In this document: positions 12,601 through 25,346 of the stretch, piece by piece
How the letters are laid out: each line of letters starts with the position of its first letter
Position numbering within the stretch: the stretch's first letter is position 1
Assembly (NCBI GenBank): GCA_043228905.1
Contig: JBHGNT010000009.1
Location: 20,584,001-20,648,000, forward strand
Length of the DNA stretch: 64,000 bases
Reading direction: 5' to 3'
From: Azolla caroliniana
Lineage: Eukaryota > Plantae > Polypodiophyta
Made by a program: the position numbers and the translations under genes
Notes under the pieces: generated by a model
Seen by the model: only the letters and a program-made list of their open reading frames with translations
Databases searched by the model: none
What the model was told of the DNA's origin: nothing

Positions 12601-14220
12601 AGAGAAGTGGGCTCCTTACTGGAAACCGAAGACGGGCTGACGGCCGACTGGGCCGCAGTAAAATGAGTTTGCGGCCGTTTTGACAAATGGTGGGAGTGGG
12701 CTGATACAGGGGCGACCGGGGCGGGTCTTGTCGCAGCAAGGAAGCTCGAACCGATACCGCAGGCGCGACGGGAAGAGGCCCGGGAGTGGCTCGAAACCGG
12801 TTCGGCTTCGACCGGCGTGGTCAGAGGCTCATCCAGGGGGACAGCTTTGGAAGAGTTGACACGGGCGGTAAAGGATCTCCAGATCGCCCAGGCTCGGAGG
12901 GAAGGTGGCGAATAAGCTCGTGACCGACGGCCTCCGGCAAGAAATAGGTGCATGTGGTGCGACGAGGTCGGCCACATCCGGAAAGACTGCAAGGACTTTG
13001 CGGAGGCTTTGAGAAGCTGGGTAGTGTACCTGTGGGAAGGTCAGGTGCACGCCAGCAATACCCGGAGGGCCCTGAACCGAAACGACGGGCGAGGAGGAAT
13101 GAAAAGGCTAATGGAAGAGGCGGCGGCCCGGCACGCGGAGACCGTCCACTACTCGGCGTCGGCCGGTATTCGGGTCGGTGGCAGCGAGGCCCGAAAGAAG
13201 AGCAAAGTCGGGTTCTGGTCGACGGTGCTGGAAGGCCTCGCCAGTGCCCGACTAAAGAAAGATGAGGCGGACCGCGCGGAGAAGCGGGTCCAGGAGGTAA
13301 CCGGGTGGAGTGACCCGGTCGAAGAAAAGACGGGTTTCGTCGAAGCAGCTTGCCAGAACTACGAGGCTCTGATTGAAGACAAATGGGTAGGTAAAACCGG
13401 AGGGGCCGGACCCTCACAGAGATACGAAACCCGATTCGGCCAGAAACAGAACGAAGCCGGTGAGACCAATGCCCGGGATAACCACAAGAAAGGCGGATAC
13501 CGGTTGGGCACGGAGATCGAAAGGACCACGGACCTACGAAAGGTCCTGGAAGAACGAATCCTCGACAGCAAGGTGGAACTGTCATTGCGGGAGGTGCTCG
13601 GAATCGCCAAGAAGGAGTTCCACGACTCCATCGTGGACTTGGTGAAGAGGAAGAGGCTATTGACGGAGACAGAACCGGAAAGGCTGGTGGAGGAGCGGAC
13701 GACGCACATAGAGGACATGGCGCTGGAAGACGAGTGGGCGGAGAGCCACTACTCAAGGCCACACTGGGCCCGAGCGACCACGGAAACCCCGGTGAAGATT
13801 GGAGATGTTCAGGAACAGGTGGTGGCGCTGGTGGACCACGGTTCGGAAATAAACCTGATATCCATGGACTTCTACAAGAAGGGGAAATGGCCGATCAACA
13901 CCAAGCACGGGTGGAAGATACGGGCGGCGATGCGTGCCACCGAGGAACTACACGGGGCCTGCCCAAACGTGCGAGTCAAGATCGGCAACGTCGAGATAGA
14001 TCAGCACTTCTTTGTGCAGGAGACGTCCTCGCACCCAGTCATACTGGGAGAACCGTACATTACAGCAGCGCGGATGGAGACCAAGGTGCTGGACAACGGG
14101 TCGGCTTACGCGAGGGTCAAGAGTCAGGACGAGCGTCATTCGGTCCAGTTCCTGACGGTGCGACTGAACCACGAGCGAAACCGCGAGTCCCTCGGTGGCG
14201 AGAACCGAGACGATTTTTAG
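12601..14220 (+). pseudogene. gag: Gag (zinc knuckle) + aspartic protease ORF of element A
   Basis: CMWCDEVGHIRKDC knuckle, protease motif LVDHGSEINL, and ILGEPY. In-frame stop near 12664; 5' end missing. Confidence 0.85.
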
Positions 14221-14276
14221 AGAGGGCTGTCAAGGCGTGGGGCTGCGACAGTCCGGACACTCCGGGAAAACCCCAC
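14211..14276 (+). promoter_or_regulatory. Candidate -1 ribosomal frameshift signal (slippery U-run + H-type pseudoknot)
   Basis: gag ends GAT TTT TAG and pol is open in the -1 frame. After a 6-nt spacer, GGGCTGTC (14224-14231) pairs with GACAGTCC (14247-14254), and loop GTGGGG (14237-14242) pairs with CCCCAC (14271-14276). Confidence 0.7.
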
Positions 14277-16527
14277 AAATGTACGATAGAGGCGAAACCG
14301 AAGAAACCTTGTACCATAAGTAGGAAGTTTTGTTTCTCCAACAACGGAGGGTGTACGATAGTCGGCGTCGTTGGCCGAGAAAAGACAAGGACGGAAGAGC
14401 GACTTCGGGCGTGCGGAGTTTCGGTCCCAACGAGGAAATCAACGGAGCCGTGGAGGCGGTCGGTCTCCTTCGACGATACCTTGGGAATACTGCGAGAGGT
14501 GGTCGGAGAAGGCCTTAAAGAGGACCGGACGATACCGGTTTGTTCAGAAGAGATGTACCAAGTCATCGCGGACTTCAGTCGGGGGCTCGAGTCGGATCGG
14601 ACGGCCCGGGTTAACACGAAATACAAGACTGTGGAGCGGAAGGTAAGGCCACTCGCGGCACCCTTACCGGAGGGCAGCGAGTTGCGAATCAAAAGGGTCG
14701 CGTCGGACCCCAGTTTACGAGATCCAGCCTACATAGGACACACCTTCACCGACAGAACGCTACGGGAGCTCAAAATCAGTGGGGGCGGTTTCCTACTGCC
14801 GGCGGAAGAAGACCGGTTTCGGAGAATGCTCGGAAGGCACGGGAAAGCCTTCGCATTCTCACCGGAAGAGATCGAGTGCGTAGACCCGACAGTCGTGAAG
14901 CCGATGGTGATATTCACGGTACCGCATGTGCCGTGGAATCTCAAACCAATTCCGGTACCGAGAGCTCACATCCCGGAGCTGATGGAGCTATTGAGACAGA
15001 AAGTCGATATGGGCATCCTCGAACCGTCGAGTGCCCCGTACTCGAACCGGTGGTTTACCGTACCGAAGAAGAACGAGACGTTGCGTTTCATTCAAGACCT
15101 GCAACCGGTCAATAGAGTGACCATTCGGAACGCAGGAATCGGACCAACGATAGACGAGTTCACGGAGGCCTTCGCCGGAAGGTCGATCTACTCGGTCGGT
15201 GATCTGTACTCAGGGTACGATCAGTTCCAACTAGCCGTAGAGAGCAGAGACATTACGACGATGCGGACTCCTCTCGGCCTAGTGCGAATGTGTACCCACA
15301 TGGTGAATGCGATGAACAAGGTGCTGAGGGATTGTATCCCGGACATCACCATGCCATTCTTGGACAACATCCCGATCAAGGGATGTCCGGTGGAGAAAAG
15401 GACGAAACGATCGGACCGGACGGATGCCGGAAATTCGTGGCGACACACATTGACGACTGCGAGAGGGTGCTGCAGAGGCTAGAGGACGCGAGGCTCACCT
15501 TCTCCGGGGAGAAATCGGCCTTCGGGCAATCGGAGATCATGCTTGTCGGACATCTATGCGAACCGTATGGCCGGAAACCGTCTCCGGCTAAGGTAGAAGC
15601 CATCTCCGCAATGAAGCCCGACTGTAACTCGGTCACGGAGGTACGGAGGTTCTTGGGAGCATGCGCTTTCTACCACATATGGATCCCGGATTACGCCCAC
15701 GTTGCCGAGCCGCTATACGGGTTGCTGAAAAAGGGGCAAAAATTCGAGAGGCGGGACGAGCATACGGAGTCGGTCCGAAAGATGAAGGAGGCTCTTGCTG
15801 CATTCCGGCACTCCGGAAGGCTGTCTACGAGAAAGGTACTCCCATCTACATGACGGTAGATACGAGTCCAACCGGGATCGGATGGGTTGTCAACGAAGAA
15901 GATGAGGACGGCATTCGGTTCCCAATCCGGTTCGGCGCGAAGGTCCTCAGCGAGCGACAACGAGGATACGCCCAGGTTAAACGCGAACTCTGGGGTATCG
16001 TTTCGGCGGTGAAGGCCGATAAAGACTATCTTATCTGGACAGAAGTGATTATCGAGACGGACTGCCTACCGATTCTCGGCATGGTTTCCAGATGCGCAAC
16101 CCCGCACCTGGCAATGCTCAGGTGGATAGGGTACATCAAGTCCATGTGCCCAGAAATACGACACATTTCCGAGAAAGACAATGCCATGGCCGACATGCTT
16201 TCGAGGGCGCGATTTGACGACGAGGGCGGCATGGTTTCAGAGGACGAGGAAATCGGCGTGGACTTCTTCGAGGTGGCTTACGTAACAACCGAGGGGGAGA
16301 GCACTCCGGCGCTTAACGATTTCAACAAGAGCAAGTACGACGGGGAGTGGCTGCAGATTGGGGGATTCTTAAGGACCATGACGCCGGACGCGTCATAGAC
16401 AAAGAACGAGGCCAACCGGATCCGGAAGAAAGCGTACCGATTCTTTCTCCGGGACGGATACTTGTGGAAGCACCCGAAGAAGAGAAACGGCATCCCGCTC
16501 CGAGTAGTGGCGATGAAGGAGGAACAG
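14212..16527 (+). pseudogene. pol: RT-RNase H of element A, disrupted
   Basis: FIQDLQPVN, VGDLYSGYDQF, PFLDNIP (second catalytic D changed to N), TVDTSPTGIG, ETDCLP and ADMLSR. The LPQG segment is missing after GLVRMCT. Frameshifts near 15400 and 15800. Confidence 0.9.
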
Positions 16528-17119
16528 TGTTGGGAGACAGGTCCCTCCGGATGGGAAGGGAGAAGAACAGTGCCGAAACGGTATGAACCGGATGGGGAGT
16601 ACCCGACTGCGGAGAACCGGATGGTGTAGGCCCGGTATGAACCGGATGGGGAGTACCCGACTACGGAGAGCCGGATGGGAGCACATCAAAGCTACATTTG
16701 TAAATAGCCGAAAAGTCATATTAGTATAAATATGACTTAGGGCAAACTTTTAGTGTTGTCGTTTTTGTTGTTGTTATTCTTTCTTGTTGGTGCAAGAAGT
16801 AGAGAGAGCGCGTAACTGTACAGAGAGAGAGATAGAGAGACGAGGTCGTTGCCTCTGTTGTAACCGCCGCCTGTGGCGAAGATCTGAGAGCACGAGGTCG
16901 TTGCCTCAGTGAACTCACTGTTGTATATTCCTACATAGTGACAGTTTGCAGCCTGTGGGCTGCCGTGGTGTTTCCCCTATTTTGGGGTTTTCCACGTAAA
17001 CCTCCTGTGTACCATTTCTCCTTTTTTTTGTGTCGCGTTTCATTACCTGTTTTTCTGTGTATGAAAAGAATCTCGGTTGAGGCCGAGCGTCGGACATAAG
17101 GAACGTCGAGTTCTCTACA
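16528..17119 (+). repeat. 5' LTR of Copia B (592 bp)
   Basis: Direct repeat of 21223-21868, with one fewer 54-bp unit and a few substitutions. Confidence 0.95.
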
Positions 17120-17149
17120 AGTGGAATCAGAGCGAAATCGACACAGAAA

Positions 17150-20100
17150 ATGGACGAATCGTTTGGCGGCATGTTCAAGCTCACTGGCTCCAACTATTCA
17201 GTGTGGAAGTCGAAGATGAGGGACATGCTCGTGGTTAAAGACCTCTGGCTGCCGGTTCAGTTCGGGGACAAGAGACCAGACAAAATCGACGCTGCGATAT
17301 GGGAGGTGATGCACATGAAGACAACGGCGTACATACGGTGCTTCATCGACATGAGCTTGTACAACAACTTCAATGAAGAGAGCAAGGCTCATGAGCTCTG
17401 GGAGAAGATCGGCATAATGTTCCAGAACAAAAATGTTGTCAATCAGGTGTCGGTATTCCGGAAGCTAGTAAGACTCCGGTACCAAGATGGCTCCAGCATG
17501 GCGGAGCATATGAATGCCTTCCAGGGGCTGATCCACCAGGCAACGTCATTGGAAGTACCTCTTGCCGATGAGGTCCTAACGCTACTCCTGCTCGGTTCCC
17601 TCCCGGATAGCTGGGAGACGTTGGTTGTCACTTTGGGCAATGCCGGGCCGGAAGGAAAACGGTTATCCCTAGCAAGAGTAAAGTCGAGCTTGCTAGATGA
17701 GGAGGCTCATCGGAAAGACAAAGATACGAGCTCCGACTCCAAAGCGCTCCTTACCGAATCGGAACGCGGAAGACATAGAAACCGTAGTCCCCAGAACCGG
17801 GAGAAGTTGGGGACACGGTCAAAGTCAAGGGGGAGGCCTACTTGCTTCTATTGCGGCAAGCCGGGACACTTCCAAAAGAACTGTCGGCATTTCCGTAAAG
17901 ACAAGGAAACCGATGGTACCGATTCGAAACAAACCCCGAACCGGAACGGTACAGACCGGAACGGTAAAGACCGGAGGGGGGCGGACCGGAAGGGAACGAC
18001 GGCAATTGCGGCAAGTGAAGAGGAGTTGATGCTCATCACCGAGGAGAGTGAGATAAACCATGCCGGCGACGAGATGACCTGGGTGGTAGACTCCGGAGCG
18101 TCGTTCCACCTTACCCCGGACCGGAAATGCTTCTCATCCTACTCAGCCGGTGATCACGGCTGTGTCCGGATGGGGAATGAAGGAACATGCCGAATTGTCG
18201 GCATAGGAGACGTGCGGCTGACAACACCAACCGGATGCAAGTTGCTGTTGAAGGATGTCTGACACGTTCCGGAAGTTCGTCTGAACCTGATATCAGCCGG
18301 TCGGCTAGATGATGAAGGCTACACAGGTAGCATCCGGAACGGTGTCATGAAGTTCAGCAAAGGGAGCCTGATTGTGGCTCGGGCCCGGAAGGTAAACACA
18401 TTGTACCTGATGAATGCCCGGTTATGTCCGGAAGAAGTGAGCGTGGCTTCCGACACTGCCGGTGAGCTGTGGCACAAGAGGCTATGTCACATGAGTGAGA
18501 AGGGGATGAAGAGGCTTGGAGACGACAACCTCATTCCAGTGAAGAACGTGCACTTAGAGAAGTGCACTGATTGTCTGGCCGGTAAGCAGAACCGGACCTC
18601 CTTCCGACCAAGGCCACCGATGAGACGTAATGCACCACTGGAGTTGGTGCATACGGATGTTTGTCAAGTAGACACGAAGTCACATGCCGGAGCGCAGTAC
18701 TTCGTGACGTTCATAGATGACCACAGCCGGAAGCTGTGGGCCACACCGCTGAAGACGAAGGATCAGGTGTTATCAGTCTTCAAAGAGCTCCACGCGAGAG
18801 TGGAAAGAGAAACCGGCCGGAAGCTGAAGGCGGTTCGAGCAGATAACGGAGGAGAGTACCGGGGGCAGTTCGAGGAGTACTGCCGCTCGAAGGGAATCCG
18901 GCTCGAATTTACCGTGCCGAAGATGCCGGAACTAAACGGACTGGCCGAGAGGATGAACCGGACCATAATGGAGAGGGTCCGGAGTATGCTAGCGCATGCA
19001 AAACTACCCAAGAAGTTTTGGGCTGAGGCATTATCGACGGCGACATATGTGATAAACAGATCACCCTCAGTACCCTTGGACGGAGACACGCCACAGAGAG
19101 TATGGACCGGTAAGGAAGTGTCCTACCGGCATCTAAGGGTGTTCGGGTGTCTCGCGTACGTGCATGTAGCAAAGGACCGGAGAGGAAAGTTAGATCCAAA
19201 GACCCGGCCATGCATATTCCTCGGTTACAGTGACAATGAGTTCGGCTACCGAGTGTGGGACCCGGTCGACAAGAAGGTATTCCGGAGTCGAGATATTATC
19301 TTCATGGAGGACAAGACGCTCGCCGACTGGGAGTCGGAGAAGAAGATAATGAACTCCGAGTCGACCAGTAAGGATAGACTCTACAATGAGCAGACCCAAC
19401 CGACAAGAGACCGGTTTGCACTCGAGGAACCAGCCGGTTACGGTGAGGATACCGAACCGGCAGAAGAAGAAGTAGAGGAAGCTGAGACCGGAACCGGTCA
19501 AGACCCCGAATTGGATTCGGATGAAGAGCAAATGGAGGAACCGGTTACCGAAGCCCAAAGACGTAGATATCCTCTTAGAGAGAGAAGGGCGCCCCGGAGA
19601 TTTCCGGATGCAGAGCATGTCCTGCTGACCGATGAGGGGGAGCCGGAAAGCTTCGAAGAAGCGAAGAAAGACACCCACAGCCGGAAATGGTTAAGTGCCA
19701 TGCAGGATGAGATGGATTCCCTGCATGAGAACCATACATACGAATTGGTGGAGCTGCCGAAAGGAAAGCGGGCGCTCCGAAACAAGTGGGTGTTCAAGTT
19801 GAAACCCGGAGATGTCGGCAACCCCCCGAGATACAAAGCCAGGATCGTGGTGAAGGGGTTCCAGCAGAAGAAGGGCGTGGACTTCGACGAAATATTCGCC
19901 CCGGTAGTAAAGATGACCTCCATCCGGACGGTGCTGAGTATAGCAGCAAGCATGGATCTCGAGGTAGAGCAGCTGGACGTGAAGACGGCATTCCTTCACG
20001 GTGACCTCGAAGAGGAAATCTACATGCAGCAACCGGAAGGATTTGTGGAGAAAGGGAAGGAGCACCTGGTATGCCGGTTGAAGAAGAGCCTGTACGGACT

Positions 20101-21212
20101 GAAGCAGGCTCCCCGGCAATGGTACCGAAAGTTCGACTCCTTCATGACCGATCAAGGGTACCATAAGACGCAGGCCAATCACTGCGTGTTCGTGAAGAAG
20201 TTCGAAGGAGGGGACTTCCTGATACTTCTCCTGTACGTGGATGACATGTTGATCGTCGAACGAGACCAAGGCAAAATACGGATGCTGAAGAAGGCTCTCA
20301 ACCGGACCTTCTCAATGAAAGACTTGGGTCCGGCAAGACAGATGTTGGGGATGCACATCATTCGGGACCGGTCAGTGAAGCAATTATGGCTGTCACAGGA
20401 GAAGTATGTGACAAAGGTGCTTCACCGGTTCAACATGTCAGATGCAAAACCGGTCGGATCGACACTTCCGGCAAACTGCAAGTTGTCCGGCAAGCAAAGC
20501 CCGAAGACAAAAAGGAGAGAAGGCAGATATGATGAAGATTCCATATGCCTCTGTCATCGGGAGCTTGATGTACGCAATGGTTTGTACCCGACCGGACATT
20601 GGATACGCAGTCGGAGTGGTGAGCCGGTTCATGAGTAATCCCGGCAAGGAGCATTGGAACGTGGTCAAATGGATACTCCGGTATTTGAAGGGCACTTCTT
20701 ATATGTGTCTCCGATTCGGCTCCGGGAAACCTCAACTGGACGGTTTCACCGATTCGGACATGTCGGCTGATGTGGATACCAGCCGGTCTACATCCGGGTA
20801 TGTGATGACATATGTAGGGGGAGCTGTTTCGTGGCAGTTGAGGCTGCAGAAGACGGTTGCACTGTCAACCACAGAGGCGGAGTACATGGCGGCTGTAGAA
20901 GCCGGCAAGGAAATATTATGGATGAAGGACTTCATCGGAGAGCTCGGTATCCGGCAAGAGGAATACCGACTCTACTGCGACAGTCAAAGTGCAATCCACC
21001 TTGCTAAGAATGCGGCCTACCATTCCCGGACGAAGCATATCCAGCGGAGGTATCACTGGATCCAGGAAAGGGTAGATGACCAGGAGTTCGCACTGACGAA
21101 GATCCACATGGCCGAGAACGGGTCAGATATGCTGACCAAAGTGCTGACACCCGACAAGCTGGACGCATGTCGGAAGAGGATCGGGCTGGAAAGACACCCC
21201 ATGCCGGAGTGA
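17150..21212 (+). pseudogene. Copia gag-pol polyprotein with one premature stop (18260-18262) and one frameshift (~20510)
   Basis: CFYCGKPGHFQKNC, WVVDSGAS, LWHKRLCH...CTDC, VHTDV...RADNGGEY...AERMNRT, LYVDDML, and RNase H ENGSDMLTK. Confidence 0.95.
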
Positions 21213-21222
21213 AGGGGGAGTT

Positions 21223-21868
21223 TGTTGGGAGACAGGTCCCTCCGGATGGGAAGGGAGAAGAACAGTGCCGAAACGGTATGAACCGGATGGGGAGTACCCG
21301 ACTGCGGAGAACCGGATGGTGTAGGCCCGGTATGAACCGGATGGGGAGTACCCGACTGCGGAGAACCGGATGGTGTAGGCCCGGTATGAACCGGATGGGG
21401 AGTACCCGACTACGGAGAGCCGGATGGTAGCCCATCAAAGCTACATTTGTAAATAGCCGAAAAGTCATATTAGTATAAATATGACTTAGGGCAAACTTTT
21501 AGTGTTGTCGTTTTTGTTGTTGTTATTCTTTCTTGTTGGTGCAAGAAGTAGAGAGAGCGCGTAACTGTACAGAGAGAGAGAGATAGAGACGAGGTCGTTG
21601 CCTCTGTTGTAACCGCCGCCTGTGGCGAAGATCTGAGAGCACGAGGTCGTTGCCTCAGTGAACTCACTGTTGTATATTCCTACATAGTGACAGTTTGTAG
21701 CCTGTGGGCTGCCGTGGTGTTTCCCCTATTTTGGGGTTTTCCACGTAAACCTCCTGTGTACCATTTCTCCTTTTTTTTGTGTCGCGTTTCATTACCTGTT
21801 TTTCTGTGTATGAAAAGAATCTCGGTTGAGGCCGAGCGTCGGACATAAGGAACGTCGAGTTCTCTACA
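21223..21868 (+). repeat. 3' LTR of Copia B (646 bp)
   Basis: Follows the PPT. 54-bp units start at 21274, 21328 and 21382. Confidence 0.95.
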
Positions 21869-22768
21869 GACAGCCCCTGGGCTGGACACCGTGGGACGTG
21901 GGCCACGCTCGAGAAACTAAAGGGGAAGTACTGGTGGTCGGGACTGTACCGGGACGTGCATCGGTTCGTGACAACTTGTGAGAGCTGTCAGATACACTCC
22001 ATAGTCCGACATCGGGACGAGCTTCACCCTACATACCCTCCGGCCATCCACTTCAAATGGATGGTAGATTTGGTGACGATGCCGATGGGCGTAGGGCAGA
22101 TGCGATATCTGGTGCTGGCCCAGGAGGACCTGACGAACCAGGTGGAAGGCCGAGCCCTGCATAACAAAACGACCGCGGCCGTGTGTCGGTTCCTGATCGA
22201 GGACGTGATATGCCGGTACGGGTGCGTCGGGAAGATCATGGCTGACCGCGGGGAGTTGGATGCCGAAGAGGCCGAGGAGTTGTTCGACCGGTTAGGGGTC
22301 AAGCTCTCGCTCACCACAGCGTACAATCCGGAGGCGAACGGGAAGGTGGAGCGCGGACACGGACCGATCGTCAAAGCGCTAGTCCGGGCATGCGGAGGCC
22401 AGGTCGGGAACTGGCCATGACTGTTACCTTATGCCTTGTGGGCGGACCGGACAACGCACAGTTCGGTAACCGGGTTCATGCCGTCAGAGCTCATGTTCGG
22501 ACAGAAGCCGATCATGCCGATGGAACGGACGATCTCCTCTTGGGCGACAGTGGACTAGAGAGACGAGATGAGCCGGGAAGAACAGCTAGCGGCGCGTATA
22601 CGGCAGCTCAAGCGGAGGCCAGGGGACGTGGAACAAGCGACGGAGAGACTTCAGACGGCGAGGATGAGGAACAAAGCCCGGTTCGACCGAACGCACCGGC
22701 TCCGACCAAAGAAAATCGAGGAAGGCGATTGGGTGCTAGTCTACGACAGCAGCCTCGACAACCAGCAC
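21869..22768 (+). pseudogene. Integrase of element A, C-terminally truncated
   Basis: AGHRG...CESCQ, WMVDLV, ADRGE, YNPEANGKVERGH. Stop at 22418-22420. Similarity is lost after VYDSSLDNQH. Confidence 0.9.
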
Positions 22769-25346
22769 TGCTCTTCTCTGCAGGATTTCGGGAGGCTCGC
22801 GCTGCTTCGAGGAACGCCCGTGTGCTTCCGGCAGCACCTCCATCCTATCCCCTTTCGTGCGCAGACGAACAGGCATCAGCATCTGTTCGCCGGCCTGTTC
22901 GGTTGTAACCGCTCGCGTGCTCTGTTGTTTTGTATCATTTGTTAATATACAAACATTTGTGTCTCTCTGTCTCTATCTCCATTCGTGTTTTCTGCGTTGA
23001 CGGGCCGTGTCCCTGTGTTTCTTGCTCATACGTAACCGGTCGTCTCTCTCTTTCTCTTTCCCCTCCTATCACTTGCTCTTCGGTTCAAGACCCTAGTGGT
23101 CCCCCCTCGTTTCTCCACGCACGCACGTAGTAACGCGACAACATACTACACCACAAAACTTGTGCCCACGTGTAAGGGCCGGTTTACGCATGTTATACCC
23201 GGTTTCCGCCTAGGGACGGTTTTCTCCACGACAACGTGTTTGCCACCCTCTCACGACTTGGCCTCAAGTTCTTCCTCGGGATCGGGCCGTAGGGCGTCCT
23301 ACCCGAACTGGTCAACCGTTTCCTCATCGGGTACAACCCCAATACGGGCCACGTCGATATGCAACCTTTCGTAGACCCTCCCCCCCCCCCCCCCCCTCCC
23401 CCTCGTCGCATTCCAGTTCACCTCGGCCGACGTTTGTGCATGCTGCATTTACCACTCGAGGGCGCCACCTTCCGCACCATGAAGACCCCTGGGTTGTCCC
23501 CGACATCATTCCTGCCGTCTACGCTGAATATTCTGGACACGAAGGTTGGCGTTACACCGAAATCCCTCTCCATCTCCACGACCGTTGTGGCGCAATTGCC
23601 CAAATTGGCGACACCGCATCTACCGATGCCACCACTCGTATCACCTGCGAGTACCTCAAATGGGCACATGATCCGCAACCGGTCCAATGGGTTCATGAGC
23701 TTGTCCGCTGGGTCCGAGAATGGCACACACGGCCCAAATCGACTGTCAATTTTGCGTGGTTCCTCACCCGTTACTTGTGCGCAAAGTTCAGCATCGGACC
23801 CCCCGCCCCTCCCTTCATACGTTGCCAAGAACGCTTCCGCAAGATCATTGTTCCAGGACAACTAGAGTGTCTTCGCCTCCCCGAACGCAAATTCTTACGA
23901 CAGGTACACCAAGGCAAACAGGCACGGCCACCAGCGCACAAACAACCCCCGATCACCCACGTGTCAGCCGAAGCTAACCTCGACACCCTTGAGGATATCA
24001 CAAATCAGGTCAAGGAATTCCAGACACACGAGCTCAACCCCACTGAAATCCAGGCCCTATCCACTACCTTCCACTATGTGTCACATCAGAACACAACCAC
24101 GACTCAGCGTACACACAACTGCACCACTAAGTCAATCTTGCGTGACCAACAGAACCCGCCAGTCCTGCCTCCCCCCACCTCGCTAACCCCTCTACCCCAT
24201 GAATCCTCTCCCCCCGCCCTGGCCGCAACTACCCCGCCTTTCCCATCCACCACCACTGACCCCATATATTCACCCGCCACACCGCTCTCGACACTGAAAC
24301 CCCCGACCAGCCCTCGCCCGCAACCCCGGTCGTTCCCCTTCAACCCACCATCGCCCCCGCCCAAATGGCAATCCCGCCACCGCCACCCCCACTCCCGACC
24401 TTCGTGCCCTGCTCGACCCCACTCACTGCAGTTACTACCCGCTGACGAATTCCAACAAGCTCAGACAACCTGGCACCACGACCAGGAACGCACAGCACAA
24501 ACATATGCCGAACTTTCAGCCGAGTACGTCCGCCTCACCACCCAACACCAACTGACCGAGGCCCGCCTCGCAGCCGTGACGGCTGATCTCTCCGAACGGT
24601 CCGAGGCCCTGGCCGCCGCCATGGCCACCTCTCACCAACTCACGAGCGAGATCACCACCCTCAAGGCTGAACGAGACGCCATGGTCCACCAAGTCAAAGT
24701 CGCCAATGAACGGAACCGATGTCTCCTCATCAAACACCACCGCCAGTGTGCCGACCTCGAAAAGGACATCCTCCAACTCCGCACGTCCAAAGCCACCCTG
24801 GAACACGCCCTCACCCCCGGTGTGACGGACCCCTCCACCGTTCAGACCCCTCTCCTTACCCCAATTGGCTCTCTGAATATGATGCAGGCACTCTCGATGT
24901 ACGTGACCTCGACCTCCCTGCTCTCCGAACTTTTCACTCCACCACGCACACCACGCACCCTCCTCATCCAAGCAACGTGCGTCCTTCGGTCGTTAGCCGC
25001 CACGCGTCGTGTATTCTTTGACAACAACACACCCCCAAACCAGCAGACCTTCATCCGAGTACTCCCCGAAGACAACCACGCCCTTGCCCTCTTCATGTTG
25101 TACCAGGAAGCCATCGAAGAACCTGCTCCCCCAATCGACGACCTCTTCCCCCAACACCTCCCCATTTTGTTCCTCGAAGGTATGGCCTACCTTCACACCG
25201 CCCTCACCCTTGACTTAGACATCTCCGACCTGATCTATTTCACCTACCCTTTTTGATGTCACGATGCAAGTCACCAAAGACCAGCTAGCCCACCTCTTCA
25301 CAACAATGGTGCGCTTACACCACATCGACGACGCCCTCACCCACAC

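Larger units (their letters stand above)
16528..21868 (+). mobile_element. Full-length Ty1/Copia retrotransposon (element B), Tnt1/Tork-like
   Basis: TG...CA LTRs at 16528-17119 and 21223-21868. PBS TGGAATCAGAGC at 17122-17133 (tRNA-iMet, 1 mismatch). PPT GAAGGGGGAG at 21211-21220. Flanks are AACAG and GACAG. Confidence 0.97.
12601..22768 (+). mobile_element. Degenerate non-chromovirus Ty3/Gypsy retrotransposon (element A), 5'-truncated, interrupted by Copia B
   Basis: Domain order gag-PR-RT-RH-INT. Several stops and frameshifts. No 5' LTR seen. Confidence 0.9.

Noticed and set aside
11925-12992. 355-aa minus-strand ORF
   Set aside because: Artefact of the pyrimidine-rich strand plus antisense gag; no domain motifs.
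12821-25196. Many antisense and alternative-frame ORFs over elements A, B and the extra ORF
   Set aside because: Shadows of GC-rich coding DNA.
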